A stretch of DNA of 64,000 nt from Candidatus Latescibacterota bacterium (lineage in GTDB: Bacteria; Latescibacterota; UBA2968; SICM01), in the NCBI GenBank assembly GCA_965217865.1, contig CBDCJO010000002.1, positions 1,184,001-1,248,000 of the forward strand. Direction: 5' to 3'. Position numbers and translations under genes: made by a program. The number at the start of each line of letters is the position of its first letter. The stretch's first letter is position 1. Positions 50,048-59,858 of the stretch are shown here, one piece after another. The notes below the pieces were generated by a model, which saw only the letters and a list, made by a program, of their open reading frames with translations, was not told the DNA's origin and ran no database searches.

Positions 50048-51175
50048 CTATTCGGCCATCAACTCCACATTCGCTCGCGGTACGATCGTTCGAGTACCGT
50101 CCTCCAGCTCAACTTCCAGGACCCGTACCATTGCTTCGGAGGAGACTTTCTGAAGATCCGTCGGAAGCGCGGTTACCCGGCCGATCCTACCGAAGTATGG
50201 GGACCGGATGATCCGAAGCAATGCCCCAAGGCCGAGCCCCTCCTCGAGGGATCCGGTCTCCGAGCCGTCACCCCCAACCCCGCTCGGATCGGGAACGATG
50301 ATCTCCGGACGCATGACACCCGCTCGAATCTGGGTGGCGCCCGATACGGAGGCGTCCATTCCCGAATGGTCTGCGAGGATCTCAAAGGTCCTTTCGGCCA
50401 TTCGGATCTCCCCGAACCCTTCGGTCACAATCACGGTCAGTCCGATCTCCTCCGGGCCGGTGATGGCCACCCCCAGATCATAACCCAGCAGCTCCCGCAG
50501 GTCCTGGTCCCGGATTCCGCCACCAATCACCCCAGCCGCGCCCAATTCCCGGGCCCGGCGGACCCCCTCGAGGGTGATCCGTCTCCCGGAGACGAGAATT
50601 TTATCCCGGCAGTCTGAATCGAGCCGCTCTGTCGAAAGATCCTGATCCGGGGCATCGGTCACCAAATGGATAGGACCCCAGCGTTCACCGCCCACCCCGA
50701 AGATGCCCTGAATGAAGGCCCCCTTTGTCTCGATCACGACCCCTTCGTCAGGGATGATCTCCACGGCCCACCCATCTACAAAAGCTTGAATCTCAACCCG
50801 ACGAGGGGATTCACGCAGCAGGACCTGCCCGGTCACTGAGGAGAGGCTTTCAACCGTTCCTGCAACGGGCGATTCGACAGTCGTTTTGAACCACTTGATG
50901 AAAGGTCGGGTCTCGGCTATCGTTTCCCCGACCTCCACCGTTTCACCCTCTTTCTTCAACATGTAGGCGGACAGTTCAGACGGGGTTACGCCGAGTCGGT
51001 TGACCAGATTCAACGTGGTCACATCTCCAGGCAGGTTCGTTCGTGCGACCACCTGATCCCTTCGGACCCGGTCTCCTCCTGAGACCAGCACCTCTCCTTT
51101 CAGGGGAAGCTGTCGCCGTTTTCTGACGGTGGCCCGTCGGGTTACGCGAAGACCTGGGGTGTAAGCGTGAGCCAT
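50048..51175 (-). CDS. Uncharacterised soluble protein with barrel-sandwich-hybrid-like segments and C-terminal KOW-like motif
   Basis: MAHAYTPGL start; KKEGETVEVGETIA...SPVAGTV; QGIFGVGGE; TEGFG; RIIRSPYFGRIG. Confidence 0.75.
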   Translation of the reverse strand: MAHAYTPGLRVTRRATVRKRRQLPLKGEVLVSGGDRVRRDQVVARTNLPGDVTTLNLVNRLGVTPSELSAYMLKKEGETVEVGETIAETRPFIKWFKTTVESPVAGTVESLSSVTGQVLLRESPRRVEIQAFVDGWAVEIIPDEGVVIETKGAFIQGIFGVGGERWGPIHLVTDAPDQDLSTERLDSDCRDKILVSGRRITLEGVRRARELGAAGVIGGGIRDQDLRELLGYDLGVAITGPEEIGLTVIVTEGFGEIRMAERTFEILADHSGMDASVSGATQIRAGVMRPEIIVPDPSGVGGDGSETGSLEEGLGLGALLRIIRSPYFGRIGRVTALPTDLQKVSSEAMVRVLEVELEDGTRTIVPRANVELMAE

Positions 51176-51227
51176 CTTTGATTCGTTAGGGCACTGCCCC
51201 GATTTAATCTTCAATCCCAGTCGGGAT

Positions 51228-52268
51228 CTATTCAAACCTCATCTTGGGATCGAGGGCGTCCCGGAGCCCGTCCCCCAGCAGGTTGTAGACCGTCACCGTC
51301 CAGAAGATTGCAAACCCCGGCACCACCACCAGCCACCAGGCCGAGACATTGCTGCGTGCCCCTGCAAGGAGCGAACCCCAAGTGATCGCCTCCGCGGGAA
51401 CCCCGATCCCGAGAAAGCTTAAACCCGATTCCGTAAGAATCGCTCCAGCCACCCCGAACGCTGCAGGGATGAGCACCGGTGCGATGGCGTTTGGCAGAAT
51501 GTGGATAAACATGATCCTGGGTGTGGAGTAGCCTAAACTGGCCGCAGCGGACACGTAGTCGTAACTTCGAACCTGCAGGAACTGTGAACGCGTCAACCGG
51601 GCGATCCCGACCCAACTCGTAAACCCGATAATGATCATGATAAAAAAGAGGCTGGGCGGAAAGAAGGCCGCAGCAGTGATGATCAGAAAGAAACTGGGGA
51701 TGGCCGCCCACAATTCGAAAACCCGGGATAGGGCAAGGTCCATCCAACCGCCAAAATAACCCGCCAGAGCCCCCAGAGAGACGCCGATGACCATAGAGAT
51801 TCCAACCGAGACAAGCCCGATCGTCAGTGCATACCGGGATCCGTGAATCAAACCCGCGAGCACGTCTCTTCCAAGCCGATCCGTGCCCATCAGGTGATCC
51901 GGTCCGGGAGGCTGATATCTCTCGGACAGCCGGATCTCCCCCGGCGCGTAGGGGATCGGGGGAAAGACCGCTAAGGTGGTCCTGAATCGCTTGAAGTTCC
52001 GGCGCCGTTTCAGTTCCGGCTGCCATTCCATCAGCCCGAGGTTCACGGCATACTGGCGAAACGCCGGAAAATAGATCTCTCCCTGGAACGACATGAGATA
52101 AGGCTTGTCCCCGGCCAGGAGGTCCGCAAAGAGGGCGATCAGGGCAAGGAGACCGATGGCTGCAAGGCTGGCGACGGCGGGCCGGTTTTTTCGGAACTGT
52201 TTCCACACCAGCTTCGAAAACGTCTCCCCCCCCGTTTCAACGCCATCGATCTCGGTTGTGCGTCCCAT
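51228..52268 (-). CDS. Oligopeptide ABC permease (OppC/DppC)
   Basis: GTDRLGRD, HILPN, LSFLGIG. Confidence 0.93.
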   Translation of the reverse strand: MGRTTEIDGVETGGETFSKLVWKQFRKNRPAVASLAAIGLLALIALFADLLAGDKPYLMSFQGEIYFPAFRQYAVNLGLMEWQPELKRRRNFKRFRTTLAVFPPIPYAPGEIRLSERYQPPGPDHLMGTDRLGRDVLAGLIHGSRYALTIGLVSVGISMVIGVSLGALAGYFGGWMDLALSRVFELWAAIPSFFLIITAAAFFPPSLFFIMIIIGFTSWVGIARLTRSQFLQVRSYDYVSAAASLGYSTPRIMFIHILPNAIAPVLIPAAFGVAGAILTESGLSFLGIGVPAEAITWGSLLAGARSNVSAWWLVVVPGFAIFWTVTVYNLLGDGLRDALDPKMRFE

Positions 52269-52271
52269 GGG

Positions 52272-53570
52272 CTATCCTTGAATCTGAGAAAATTCGATGC
52301 GCGGATCCACCGCTCTCAAGAGGATGTCCGCGATCAAGATTCCGACCAGCGAAAGCGTCGACCCGATCGTAAAGATCGCCATGACCATCGGGTAATCCCG
52401 AACCAACACGGATTCATAAGCCAGGAACCCCATTCCCGGAATCGTGAAGATCGTCTCGATAAACACCGAACCCGCGATCAGGATCGGGAGGAGATTTCCC
52501 ATGATCGTGACGATCGGAATCAGGGAATTTCGAAACACGTGGCGGAACACCACCGCCCTTTCGGACAGCCCTTTTGCCCGCGCGGTACGCACATAATCGA
52601 GTCGAAGGTTTTCCAGCATACTCGTGCGCATAAATCGGGAAATTCCGGCAAAACTGGCATAACAGGATGCGAGGATTGGCAATGCAATGTGGTGGGCGTG
52701 ATCTTTCAAAAGGCGCCAAAATCCCCACTCACGGGATGCTTCGAGCGATTGGATGCCCGATGCGGGAAACCAGTAAAAAAATTCTTTATTGCAGAAAAAG
52801 ATGATTAGGAGCATCCCCAACCAGAAGGAGGGCATGGACCAGAGCATAAAGGTCCCGGTGGTGAGCGCCCTGTCCGCGGCGGTATTCTGTCTGACGGAGA
52901 GAAAAACCCCCAGGGGTAATCCGATGAGATAGGCTGCGATAAGGCTGATCACGTTGATCTCGATCGTAATCGGAAGCCGCTCCAGGATCCTGGCGATCAC
53001 GGACTGTTGGTCCTTGAATGACCGGCCGAAATTCAGCGTAATAAATCGCCTGTCGAACAGGTGAAAAACAAGGCCCGAGCCGCGATACTCATAATTCCGA
53101 TCGGCTTTCAACGTCTTCCCCTCCCAGAAAGAGGACGCGATCAATTCCGGAACCCGGTCGGGATTTCGAAACCGGAGATGCTTCAGGAAACGGTCTTTTC
53201 GGGCTTGGTCCTCAAGGCGTTCGAGCTCCGCTTTTTGCGCGTCGTCAAGGCCCTGGAGGACGCGATCGGCCAGTCTTGCCGCGCGATCGTAGTCGTTCAG
53301 AGGCTCCACGCGGAGCAACAGGTTGGAAAGCCAGCTCAAGTACTGGATGTGCATGGGTTTATCCAACCCGAGCTGGCGCCGAAGATCCTGAACCGTCTTC
53401 TCCATGTCCGCCTGTCGGTCGGTCGAAATTCCCTCTCCGCCGGCGAATCCCCCTATGAACAGGTCCACCGGATCCCCCGGAGCCAGGTGCATGATGAAGA
53501 AAGAGATAAGCGTGATCCCGACGAGGGTGGGGATCAGAAGCAAGATTCGTCTGGCGACATACTGTAACAT
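52272..53570 (-). CDS. Oligopeptide ABC permease (OppB/DppB) with insertion
   Basis: APGDP, YVRTARAKGL, RDYP, DPRI. Confidence 0.93.
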   Translation of the reverse strand: MLQYVARRILLLIPTLVGITLISFFIMHLAPGDPVDLFIGGFAGGEGISTDRQADMEKTVQDLRRQLGLDKPMHIQYLSWLSNLLLRVEPLNDYDRAARLADRVLQGLDDAQKAELERLEDQARKDRFLKHLRFRNPDRVPELIASSFWEGKTLKADRNYEYRGSGLVFHLFDRRFITLNFGRSFKDQQSVIARILERLPITIEINVISLIAAYLIGLPLGVFLSVRQNTAADRALTTGTFMLWSMPSFWLGMLLIIFFCNKEFFYWFPASGIQSLEASREWGFWRLLKDHAHHIALPILASCYASFAGISRFMRTSMLENLRLDYVRTARAKGLSERAVVFRHVFRNSLIPIVTIMGNLLPILIAGSVFIETIFTIPGMGFLAYESVLVRDYPMVMAIFTIGSTLSLVGILIADILLRAVDPRIEFSQIQG

Positions 53571-53600
53571 ATAAGGATAGGAATGTCCGAAGCCACGATC

Positions 53601-55469
53601 CTAACGATAAACGACGTCTTCGGGTGAGACCCACCACTCCTGGGTATCGGCGCCCCCGGGGTACCAGTTCACGCCGCGAAACCGACGGCTGTATGCCGTG
53701 GCCGACCGTTGCTTCCAGAGAAAGGTATAAGGCTGTTCTTCGTGAAGGACTTCCTGGAAACGCCGGTAGAGCGAAATCCGGTTTTCCAGATCGAATTCCT
53801 GGCGATAAGTTTCCAGAATCCGGTCAACCTCGGGGTTGACGAAGCTGATAAAATTCGACCCGGTTCCCTCCGCCTGAGAGGAATGCCAGATCTGGTAGCC
53901 ATCGGGGGGAAAGCGAAGGCTGCCCGTCCATCCAAGGGTGATAGCGGCAAAATTCTTGCCCTTGACCCGCTCCAGGAAGATAGACCAGTCGAGCTGCCGC
54001 ACCTGGCAGACGATCCCGATGTCGTTGAGTTCGCTCTGGACAATCAACGCGATATCCTTTCGGAGTTGGTTCCCGGAGTTGACCAGGAATTCGAACTCGA
54101 ACGGCCTCTTCTCCCCATCGATGATTTTGTCCAGAACCCCGTCGCCGTCCGTATCCCCCCAACCGGCCGCTTCGAGCAAATCAAAAGCTTTGTCCGGATC
54201 AAAAGTATAAGGTGTTAAATCGTGGTTATACTCGGGTCGGAACTTGTGAATGGGTCCCTCCACGGCTTCTCCGAGACCGAAAAGGAGATTCTTTATCATC
54301 TTCTCCCGGTTCGTCAAATGAGTCATGGCCATTCGGACCCTCTTGTCACGGAATATGGGATGGGCGTTGTTCCAGCCGATGTAGGTAAATCCGCCCGAGT
54401 ACTCGATTCCCTTCAAGAAGCGACTCGTGAAATCAGGCGACCAGCTCTTGTCCTTGAATTCCAGGGGACGGAGCCCGTAGAGGTCAAGATTACCGTTCGT
54501 CAACTCGATAAAGGCCGCATCGGTGTTGTTGATGATCTTGAAGACGATCTTATCGACGTACCCGGTCGGAGGAAGTCCTTCCACACCGTGGCCCCAATAC
54601 TCCGGGTTTCGGGTGAGCGTCACCTTCTGGCCGGTCACAACGTCATTTTGCCAGTCCTCGACGAAGTAGGGACCGGACCCGAGCATTCGGCGGTTGTATT
54701 CCTGGTTGAACCGCTCAGCGAATTTGGTGACGCGGTCGGCATGGAGGCCGCCCTCCCAGGTCCCGTCGATCAGGCTTTGAACCGAAACCGGATCCATCAG
54801 TCCGTCCGGGTCGTAAAAATGCTTGGGAAGGATCTCAAAACTGCCCAGGGCGAGATCATTCCGAAAGTAGGGTTGCTTGCAGACGAAGACGACCCGGTTT
54901 CCATCCGCTTTTTTCACCGCTTTTACAGCCGAGTAATAATTCCGCAGGTGAGGCGCCAAGACCTTGGGATTCTGGATCACTTTCATGCTGAAAATCACAT
55001 CATCCGCAGTCAGGGGCGCACCATCTGCGAAAGTGACGCCCTCCCGCAATGCGAAAGCGTACGAAAGCTTGTCCTCCGAGATCTCAGGATAATCCCTGGC
55101 CACCATCCCCTTCAGTGGATAAGGCTTCTCGTGTTCCGGGTAAAGCAGGGACTCGAACACATACCCGGACACGGTCGAGGCCCCCGCGTCGTTGGAGGTG
55201 TAGGGGTTGAAGTTTTCTGGGTCCGAGAGGAAGTGGCGGACGATCCAGTCGCCGAAAACCGGATTCTCATCACTCGAGAATCGCAAAGGGGCTTTTTCGC
55301 TCCCGTCCAACACCACGATGTCCTTCGTCTCAACGAGGAGCTTCTGGACTTCATTCCAGGGCCCTTCGGGCCCGGAATCGATGGCCGTTTTTGTGTCGTT
55401 CCCACAGGAGTGTAAAAACAACGCGGATATCGACAGCCCGTATCGTACAACCAGATCCCCACCTGACAT
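53601..55469 (-). CDS. Family 5 peptide-binding lipoprotein (OppA/AppA)
   Basis: LHSC lipobox, FADGAPLTADDV, GSGPY, DKRVRMA. Confidence 0.92.
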   Translation of the reverse strand: MSGGDLVVRYGLSISALFLHSCGNDTKTAIDSGPEGPWNEVQKLLVETKDIVVLDGSEKAPLRFSSDENPVFGDWIVRHFLSDPENFNPYTSNDAGASTVSGYVFESLLYPEHEKPYPLKGMVARDYPEISEDKLSYAFALREGVTFADGAPLTADDVIFSMKVIQNPKVLAPHLRNYYSAVKAVKKADGNRVVFVCKQPYFRNDLALGSFEILPKHFYDPDGLMDPVSVQSLIDGTWEGGLHADRVTKFAERFNQEYNRRMLGSGPYFVEDWQNDVVTGQKVTLTRNPEYWGHGVEGLPPTGYVDKIVFKIINNTDAAFIELTNGNLDLYGLRPLEFKDKSWSPDFTSRFLKGIEYSGGFTYIGWNNAHPIFRDKRVRMAMTHLTNREKMIKNLLFGLGEAVEGPIHKFRPEYNHDLTPYTFDPDKAFDLLEAAGWGDTDGDGVLDKIIDGEKRPFEFEFLVNSGNQLRKDIALIVQSELNDIGIVCQVRQLDWSIFLERVKGKNFAAITLGWTGSLRFPPDGYQIWHSSQAEGTGSNFISFVNPEVDRILETYRQEFDLENRISLYRRFQEVLHEEQPYTFLWKQRSATAYSRRFRGVNWYPGGADTQEWWVSPEDVVYR

Positions 55470-55490
55470 TGGCCTCTTATTCCCCCTGTG

Positions 55491-57278
55491 TCAGTTTGGA
55501 TAGAGCTTGAATGCCTTGTGCCATCCTGAAATCTGTTCCACCCGGTCCCCGAGGTCCTTCGCGAAGGCAATCGGTCGGCCCCGACCGTCCAGGATCAAGC
55601 CCACGACCCCCCCATACACCGTCGTGCTGATCTCCTGCCCCCGTCCGGCTCCAGCGTCCCACTTCCGGTCGGGTTGCAGGACGATCTCCGCCGGGGCATC
55701 TTCCGGAAGGGAAAATCTTAGCAGTTCCCCGGCCTTGAGCTCACCCGACGTTTCGCCGTTGGGGAATCGAATTTGAAAAGTGCAACAGACATCCCCTGAT
55801 TTTCCAGATCCTGTCGGTGCCACACACGTGCCCAGATAGATCATACAGTCCCGTTCAAACACCTCTGTGGCGGCCTTTTCGTTGACCTGGGATAAGACCC
55901 CCAGGTGGGGCATCATAAACACGCTGTCGACCCCGATCCGGGTGACCCCCTCCGGTTGAAACGCATCGATGATCATGGCCATCGACTGGGCGCGACGTGG
56001 AGCGTGCGACAGGACTCCCCCGCTGCCCACAATCAGGTCAAGATCCATCATCCGAATCAGACTCTCTCCCGTCCCAACCTGATCGAATACGTCCGAAAGG
56101 CTTCGCTCGGTTTGCACCCCCTTTAGCCCGACGGCAAGCTTTCGGTGCTGGAGGAACGCAAGTCGCAAGGCTTCCCGGGCGAGAGCTTGCTCAATTTTGA
56201 GTTCGTCCAGGGTTTGCGGGATGGTCGTGGGGCGAATCATCTTGTTCTTGACCCGATCGCGCAGGTCCGCCTCATCCACCGGGAAAGGCACCCAGCGAAC
56301 GATGTTCGGCAATCCGGCCTCTGCAAGGACATTCGATACGCTGTACGACATGCCCAGATTGGCGCTGACCGTCCGGTGAAAGCTGCCTCCGAACACGCTG
56401 AAGATGTCCGTTGTGGCCCCCCCGATATCCACCCCGATCACGTGGATATCCTTCTTTTCGGCGATCTTCTGTATGATCAACCCGACCGCCCCCGGTGTGG
56501 GTACGATCGGTGCCCCGGACCAGGATATCAACTTCGGATACCCGGGTGCCTGGGCCATCACGTGCTCGAGGAACAGGTCGTGTATCTTTTCCCTGGCCGG
56601 ACCCAGGTTCTCTCGCTCCAATACAGGCCGGAGATTTTCGGTGATGGTCAGCGCCGTTTTCTCCCCAAGGGTTTTCTCCACCACCTGGCTGACATCCCGG
56701 TTTCCAGCATAGATCACAGGCAGTTTGAAACCGACCCCGAACCTTGGACTGGGGTTCGCGGCAGCGATAAACTCGGCCATCTCCACCACGTGGGTCACCG
56801 TGCCCCCGTCCGTGCCCCCCGACAAGAGGACCATATCGGGACGGAGTTGCCGAATGCGTTCGATCTTCTGATGGGGAAGCCGCCCATCGTCGGTGGAAAG
56901 CACATCCATGACGATGGCCCCTGCACCGAGGGCACACCGCTGAGCGCTTTCACCCGTCATAGCCTTTACGACCCCGGCCACCATCATCTGAAGTCCACCC
57001 CCCGCACTGCTCGTGGAGATGTAGATGTCCACCCCCTCCCCGCCGTTCGCCGGGGTGATGATCCGCTCCCCATCGAGGATCCGCCTTCCCGACAGCTCTT
57101 CGATCTCCTGGATGGCGTTGAGCACCCCGCGCGTGACATCTTCGAACGGCGCCTCCACCGTGGTGGGCGCCTCCCCCCGATGGGTCTGACGATAGGCGTC
57201 TCCTTTTTTTTCTATTAGGATCGCCTTGGTCGTGGTGCTTCCGCAGTCGGTGGCGATGATAACGTTCAGGTCTTTCAC
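55491..57278 (-). CDS. Glutamate mutase L (GlmL/MutL)-like ASKHA ATPase
   Basis: DCGSTTTK, SSAGGGL, LSGGTDGG, PTPGAV, DIGGATTD, DGRGRP. Confidence 0.85.
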   Translation of the reverse strand: MKDLNVIIATDCGSTTTKAILIEKKGDAYRQTHRGEAPTTVEAPFEDVTRGVLNAIQEIEELSGRRILDGERIITPANGGEGVDIYISTSSAGGGLQMMVAGVVKAMTGESAQRCALGAGAIVMDVLSTDDGRLPHQKIERIRQLRPDMVLLSGGTDGGTVTHVVEMAEFIAAANPSPRFGVGFKLPVIYAGNRDVSQVVEKTLGEKTALTITENLRPVLERENLGPAREKIHDLFLEHVMAQAPGYPKLISWSGAPIVPTPGAVGLIIQKIAEKKDIHVIGVDIGGATTDIFSVFGGSFHRTVSANLGMSYSVSNVLAEAGLPNIVRWVPFPVDEADLRDRVKNKMIRPTTIPQTLDELKIEQALAREALRLAFLQHRKLAVGLKGVQTERSLSDVFDQVGTGESLIRMMDLDLIVGSGGVLSHAPRRAQSMAMIIDAFQPEGVTRIGVDSVFMMPHLGVLSQVNEKAATEVFERDCMIYLGTCVAPTGSGKSGDVCCTFQIRFPNGETSGELKAGELLRFSLPEDAPAEIVLQPDRKWDAGAGRGQEISTTVYGGVVGLILDGRGRPIAFAKDLGDRVEQISGWHKAFKLYPN

Positions 57279-57670
57279 AACCGGTTTATGCTTCCCCGCT
57301 TTGGGTTGATGTCAGGCGGCACCCCGTCCTCGATCCGTTGTTCTTGGTGTTTCACGATCCGGTCGATGATAACGTCGATGCAGCCGCGCTTTTCAAGGAT
57401 CCGGGTGAAACGGGCGTATTTCTCACCGGATAAGAACATCGTCGCGAACGGGGAAAGGAAGACCAGGAACTGACTCCCGATAAAATTCAGAGGTCGACCC
57501 GATTCCAGGAGCATGAGCGATGGGACGGTCATCTTTCGTCCGACCAGATACGCAGCCAGGCTGTCGATCAGAGCGATATCCTGATCTTCAAAAGAATCGT
57601 GCTTTGGGATGGAAAACGCGTGTGAAAACCACGCCTTAATCCCTTCCCCCTTGGATGCTGCAGTCGACAA
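57275..57670 (-). CDS. Small hypothetical protein
   Basis: LESGRPLNFIGSQ; GTGA overlap with the glmL-like start. Confidence 0.65.
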   Translation of the reverse strand: MSTAASKGEGIKAWFSHAFSIPKHDSFEDQDIALIDSLAAYLVGRKMTVPSLMLLESGRPLNFIGSQFLVFLSPFATMFLSGEKYARFTRILEKRGCIDVIIDRIVKHQEQRIEDGVPPDINPKRGSINRL

Positions 57671-58112
57671 AGTCGAGCACCTCGTTCCGATTGTCTTTGA
57701 ATCTGAGAAAGCAGCCCCGGAAGGCGTCCAAACGGCTGGGCACGCCGAAGGGGGTTAGAAAGACCCCTTCACGATGGACGTAGTGGTTCCTGAAACGTTC
57801 CCAAGGTATCCTTCGGGTCCATCCCGCGTGTTTGACGGCAACCTCTTGTTCGGTAAGGGAATAGCGGACCGGGAAAAAATATCGGGACATGGAGGATCCC
57901 AGAATCGTGAACGAGACGAAAGATAAGACCAGGCTTTCGAGGCTAAAATAGACCCCCACGGAGAAGCCGCTGATCGCGAGGACCAACCCCCCGGACTTCC
58001 ACCCCGGATCGTCCCGCACGGGGTGAGAAGTCCACGAAAGGCCGCCTGAAGCAGGCCTTGAGCCCTGTGAATTTCCGCTCGATTCAACCGCTTCATCACC
58101 CATTATAGTCAC
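57636..58112 (-). CDS. Hypothetical protein, 2 TM plus PH-like beta domain
   Basis: Two hydrophobic helices then YFFPVRY...IPW...SRLDAFRG. Confidence 0.65.
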   Translation of the reverse strand: MTIMGDEAVESSGNSQGSRPASGGLSWTSHPVRDDPGWKSGGLVLAISGFSVGVYFSLESLVLSFVSFTILGSSMSRYFFPVRYSLTEQEVAVKHAGWTRRIPWERFRNHYVHREGVFLTPFGVPSRLDAFRGCFLRFKDNRNEVLDFVDCSIQGGRD

Positions 58113-58954
58113 CGGATCACCCGCCGTTGCGGGGCGAAATTCCAGGCCTCGGTGCCGTACTTCTCGTTCACAAGGAGATCCACACGGTTGCGTTCGCGAT
58201 CCATCAACGGCCTTTCCACAAGCGGGATTTCAAGTTCCTGCTCAAAACCCTTCCGGAGATTCTCCGCAAGGTTATCGAAATCGATCGATCGACCCAATTC
58301 CTCCTCCATCGAGGTCGCCTTCTCCAGCTCCTCTCGAAATCGTTCCCTCTGATCCTCGGAATCGATACGAAGAAGCTCTATGATCTGCTTGTGTTCCACC
58401 CCTATGATCAGGGAGCCGTGCTGAAGAAGCATGTCCCCCATCCGCCGCTGGGCACTCCCGATCAGCTTTTTCTCCCCAACGACCACCTCGTATCTGGCCG
58501 CAGACGAAAAACACGGGGATGTGATCGAAGCACCCGTCGGACGAACCGAGGGAACATCCCCTCGAACGATGTCCGCGGCCAAACCGAAGAGACGAAGCCC
58601 GGCCACGAGGCATTCGCTGATTTGTCGGTAGGCCTCAGTCACCCCCCCGCGGACCATCGGGTCATCACCCCTGCAGAGCACACTATAGGTCAACTCGTTC
58701 CAATGCAGAACCGCACGCCCTCCGGTCGGTCGGCGCACGACCTCTACGCCCAACTCCCGGCACCGATCAAGGTCCACCTCCTTGTCCACCCGCTGGGCAT
58801 ACCCGAAAGAGAGGCCCGGAGGATGCCATCCGAATGTCCGAAAGACGGGGGGCGAGGCCCCCTCCTGGACGGAACCCAGGACGGCCTCATCCACGGCCAT
58901 ATTAAAAAAGGCGTTTTCAAAACGGGTGTTCAGAAAACGCCAAGTCGCTTTCAT
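58109..58954 (-). CDS. Lipoate-protein ligase family (LipM-like octanoyltransferase)
   Basis: NMAVDE, RRPTGGRAVLH, KLIGSAQ, QHGS. Confidence 0.92.
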   Translation of the reverse strand: MKATWRFLNTRFENAFFNMAVDEAVLGSVQEGASPPVFRTFGWHPPGLSFGYAQRVDKEVDLDRCRELGVEVVRRPTGGRAVLHWNELTYSVLCRGDDPMVRGGVTEAYRQISECLVAGLRLFGLAADIVRGDVPSVRPTGASITSPCFSSAARYEVVVGEKKLIGSAQRRMGDMLLQHGSLIIGVEHKQIIELLRIDSEDQRERFREELEKATSMEEELGRSIDFDNLAENLRKGFEQELEIPLVERPLMDRERNRVDLLVNEKYGTEAWNFAPQRRVIR

Positions 58955-58983
58955 CTTTGAGGTCGATTCTAAAACGTCTTAGG

Positions 58984-59745
58984 TTACACCGCGCCAATAC
59001 TTCTGAGGGCCTCCTTGGCGGCCATCTGCTGCGCTTCCTTCTTGCTCCGTCCCTTTCCCTCCCCCATAATCTCTCCTCCGATCGCCACCTCCACGGTAAA
59101 TATCTTCTCGTGATCGGGCCCGTCCTCCGAGTTGACAAAGTAGCGGGGATGGCCCCTCCCTTCGCTCTGGACGTGTTCGAGGAGAACACTCTTGAAATTG
59201 AGATTATCACCGTTGGTGCTGATCTCCTCCACATCGCAAAGGAGGTGCCGGGCGACAAAAGTCCGTGAACCGTCGAGCCCCCCGTCCAGGTAGATCGCGC
59301 CCAAAACGGCCTCGTACGCGTCCCCGATGATCGACGTCCTTTCCCGCCCCCCGGACTGTTCTTCCTCTTTGCTTAAAAGGATATATTTGCCAAGGCCCAT
59401 CTCCCGTCCTTTTTGGGCAAGCACACTTTTGCTGACGATCAGAGACTTAACCTGAGTCAGCTCACCTTCGCGCTTCGATCGAAAGGACCGGTACAGATAT
59501 TCCGTGACCACCAGATCGAGGACGGCGTCTCCCAGGAATTCAAGCCGCTCATTCGACTCGATCCCGCTTCCGTCCGATGCGAATACATACGATCGATGTT
59601 TTATGGCTAGGGACAGAAGAGAACGGTCGAAAAAACGGTAGCCGATGACCGCCTCGAGGGTGTCGAGATCCCTTTCGACCTTTTCGGGTTTCGAGAAGAT
59701 TTTCCCGATCCGCCCGAACAATTCGTTAAATTTTAATAAAATCAT
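58984..59745 (-). CDS. rnc: Ribonuclease III
   Basis: NERLEFLGDAVL; dsRBD GPDH...SKKEAQQ. Confidence 0.96.
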   Translation of the reverse strand: MILLKFNELFGRIGKIFSKPEKVERDLDTLEAVIGYRFFDRSLLSLAIKHRSYVFASDGSGIESNERLEFLGDAVLDLVVTEYLYRSFRSKREGELTQVKSLIVSKSVLAQKGREMGLGKYILLSKEEEQSGGRERTSIIGDAYEAVLGAIYLDGGLDGSRTFVARHLLCDVEEISTNGDNLNFKSVLLEHVQSEGRGHPRYFVNSEDGPDHEKIFTVEVAIGGEIMGEGKGRSKKEAQQMAAKEALRSIGAV

Positions 59746-59858
59746 TTTCCCATCGGAACGGTGCCCTGTTTAGTTTACCGGGGCGATCAATACCGAAAGT
59801 ACCCCCCTGGGCATCCATGGATCGTCCGGTCAATTCCAAAGCCTACAGGGAATGGGAC

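Noticed and set aside
48825-50153. Long antisense ORFs (also 54222-55415, 56145-57218, 16086-17171, 35552-36562, 45172-46251)
   Set aside because: Shadows of real genes on the opposite strand in GC-rich DNA; no recognisable motifs
55491-57278. DNA mismatch-repair MutL or a true glutamate mutase operon
   Set aside because: ASKHA motifs rather than GHKL; no mutase catalytic or B12-binding subunit in the window
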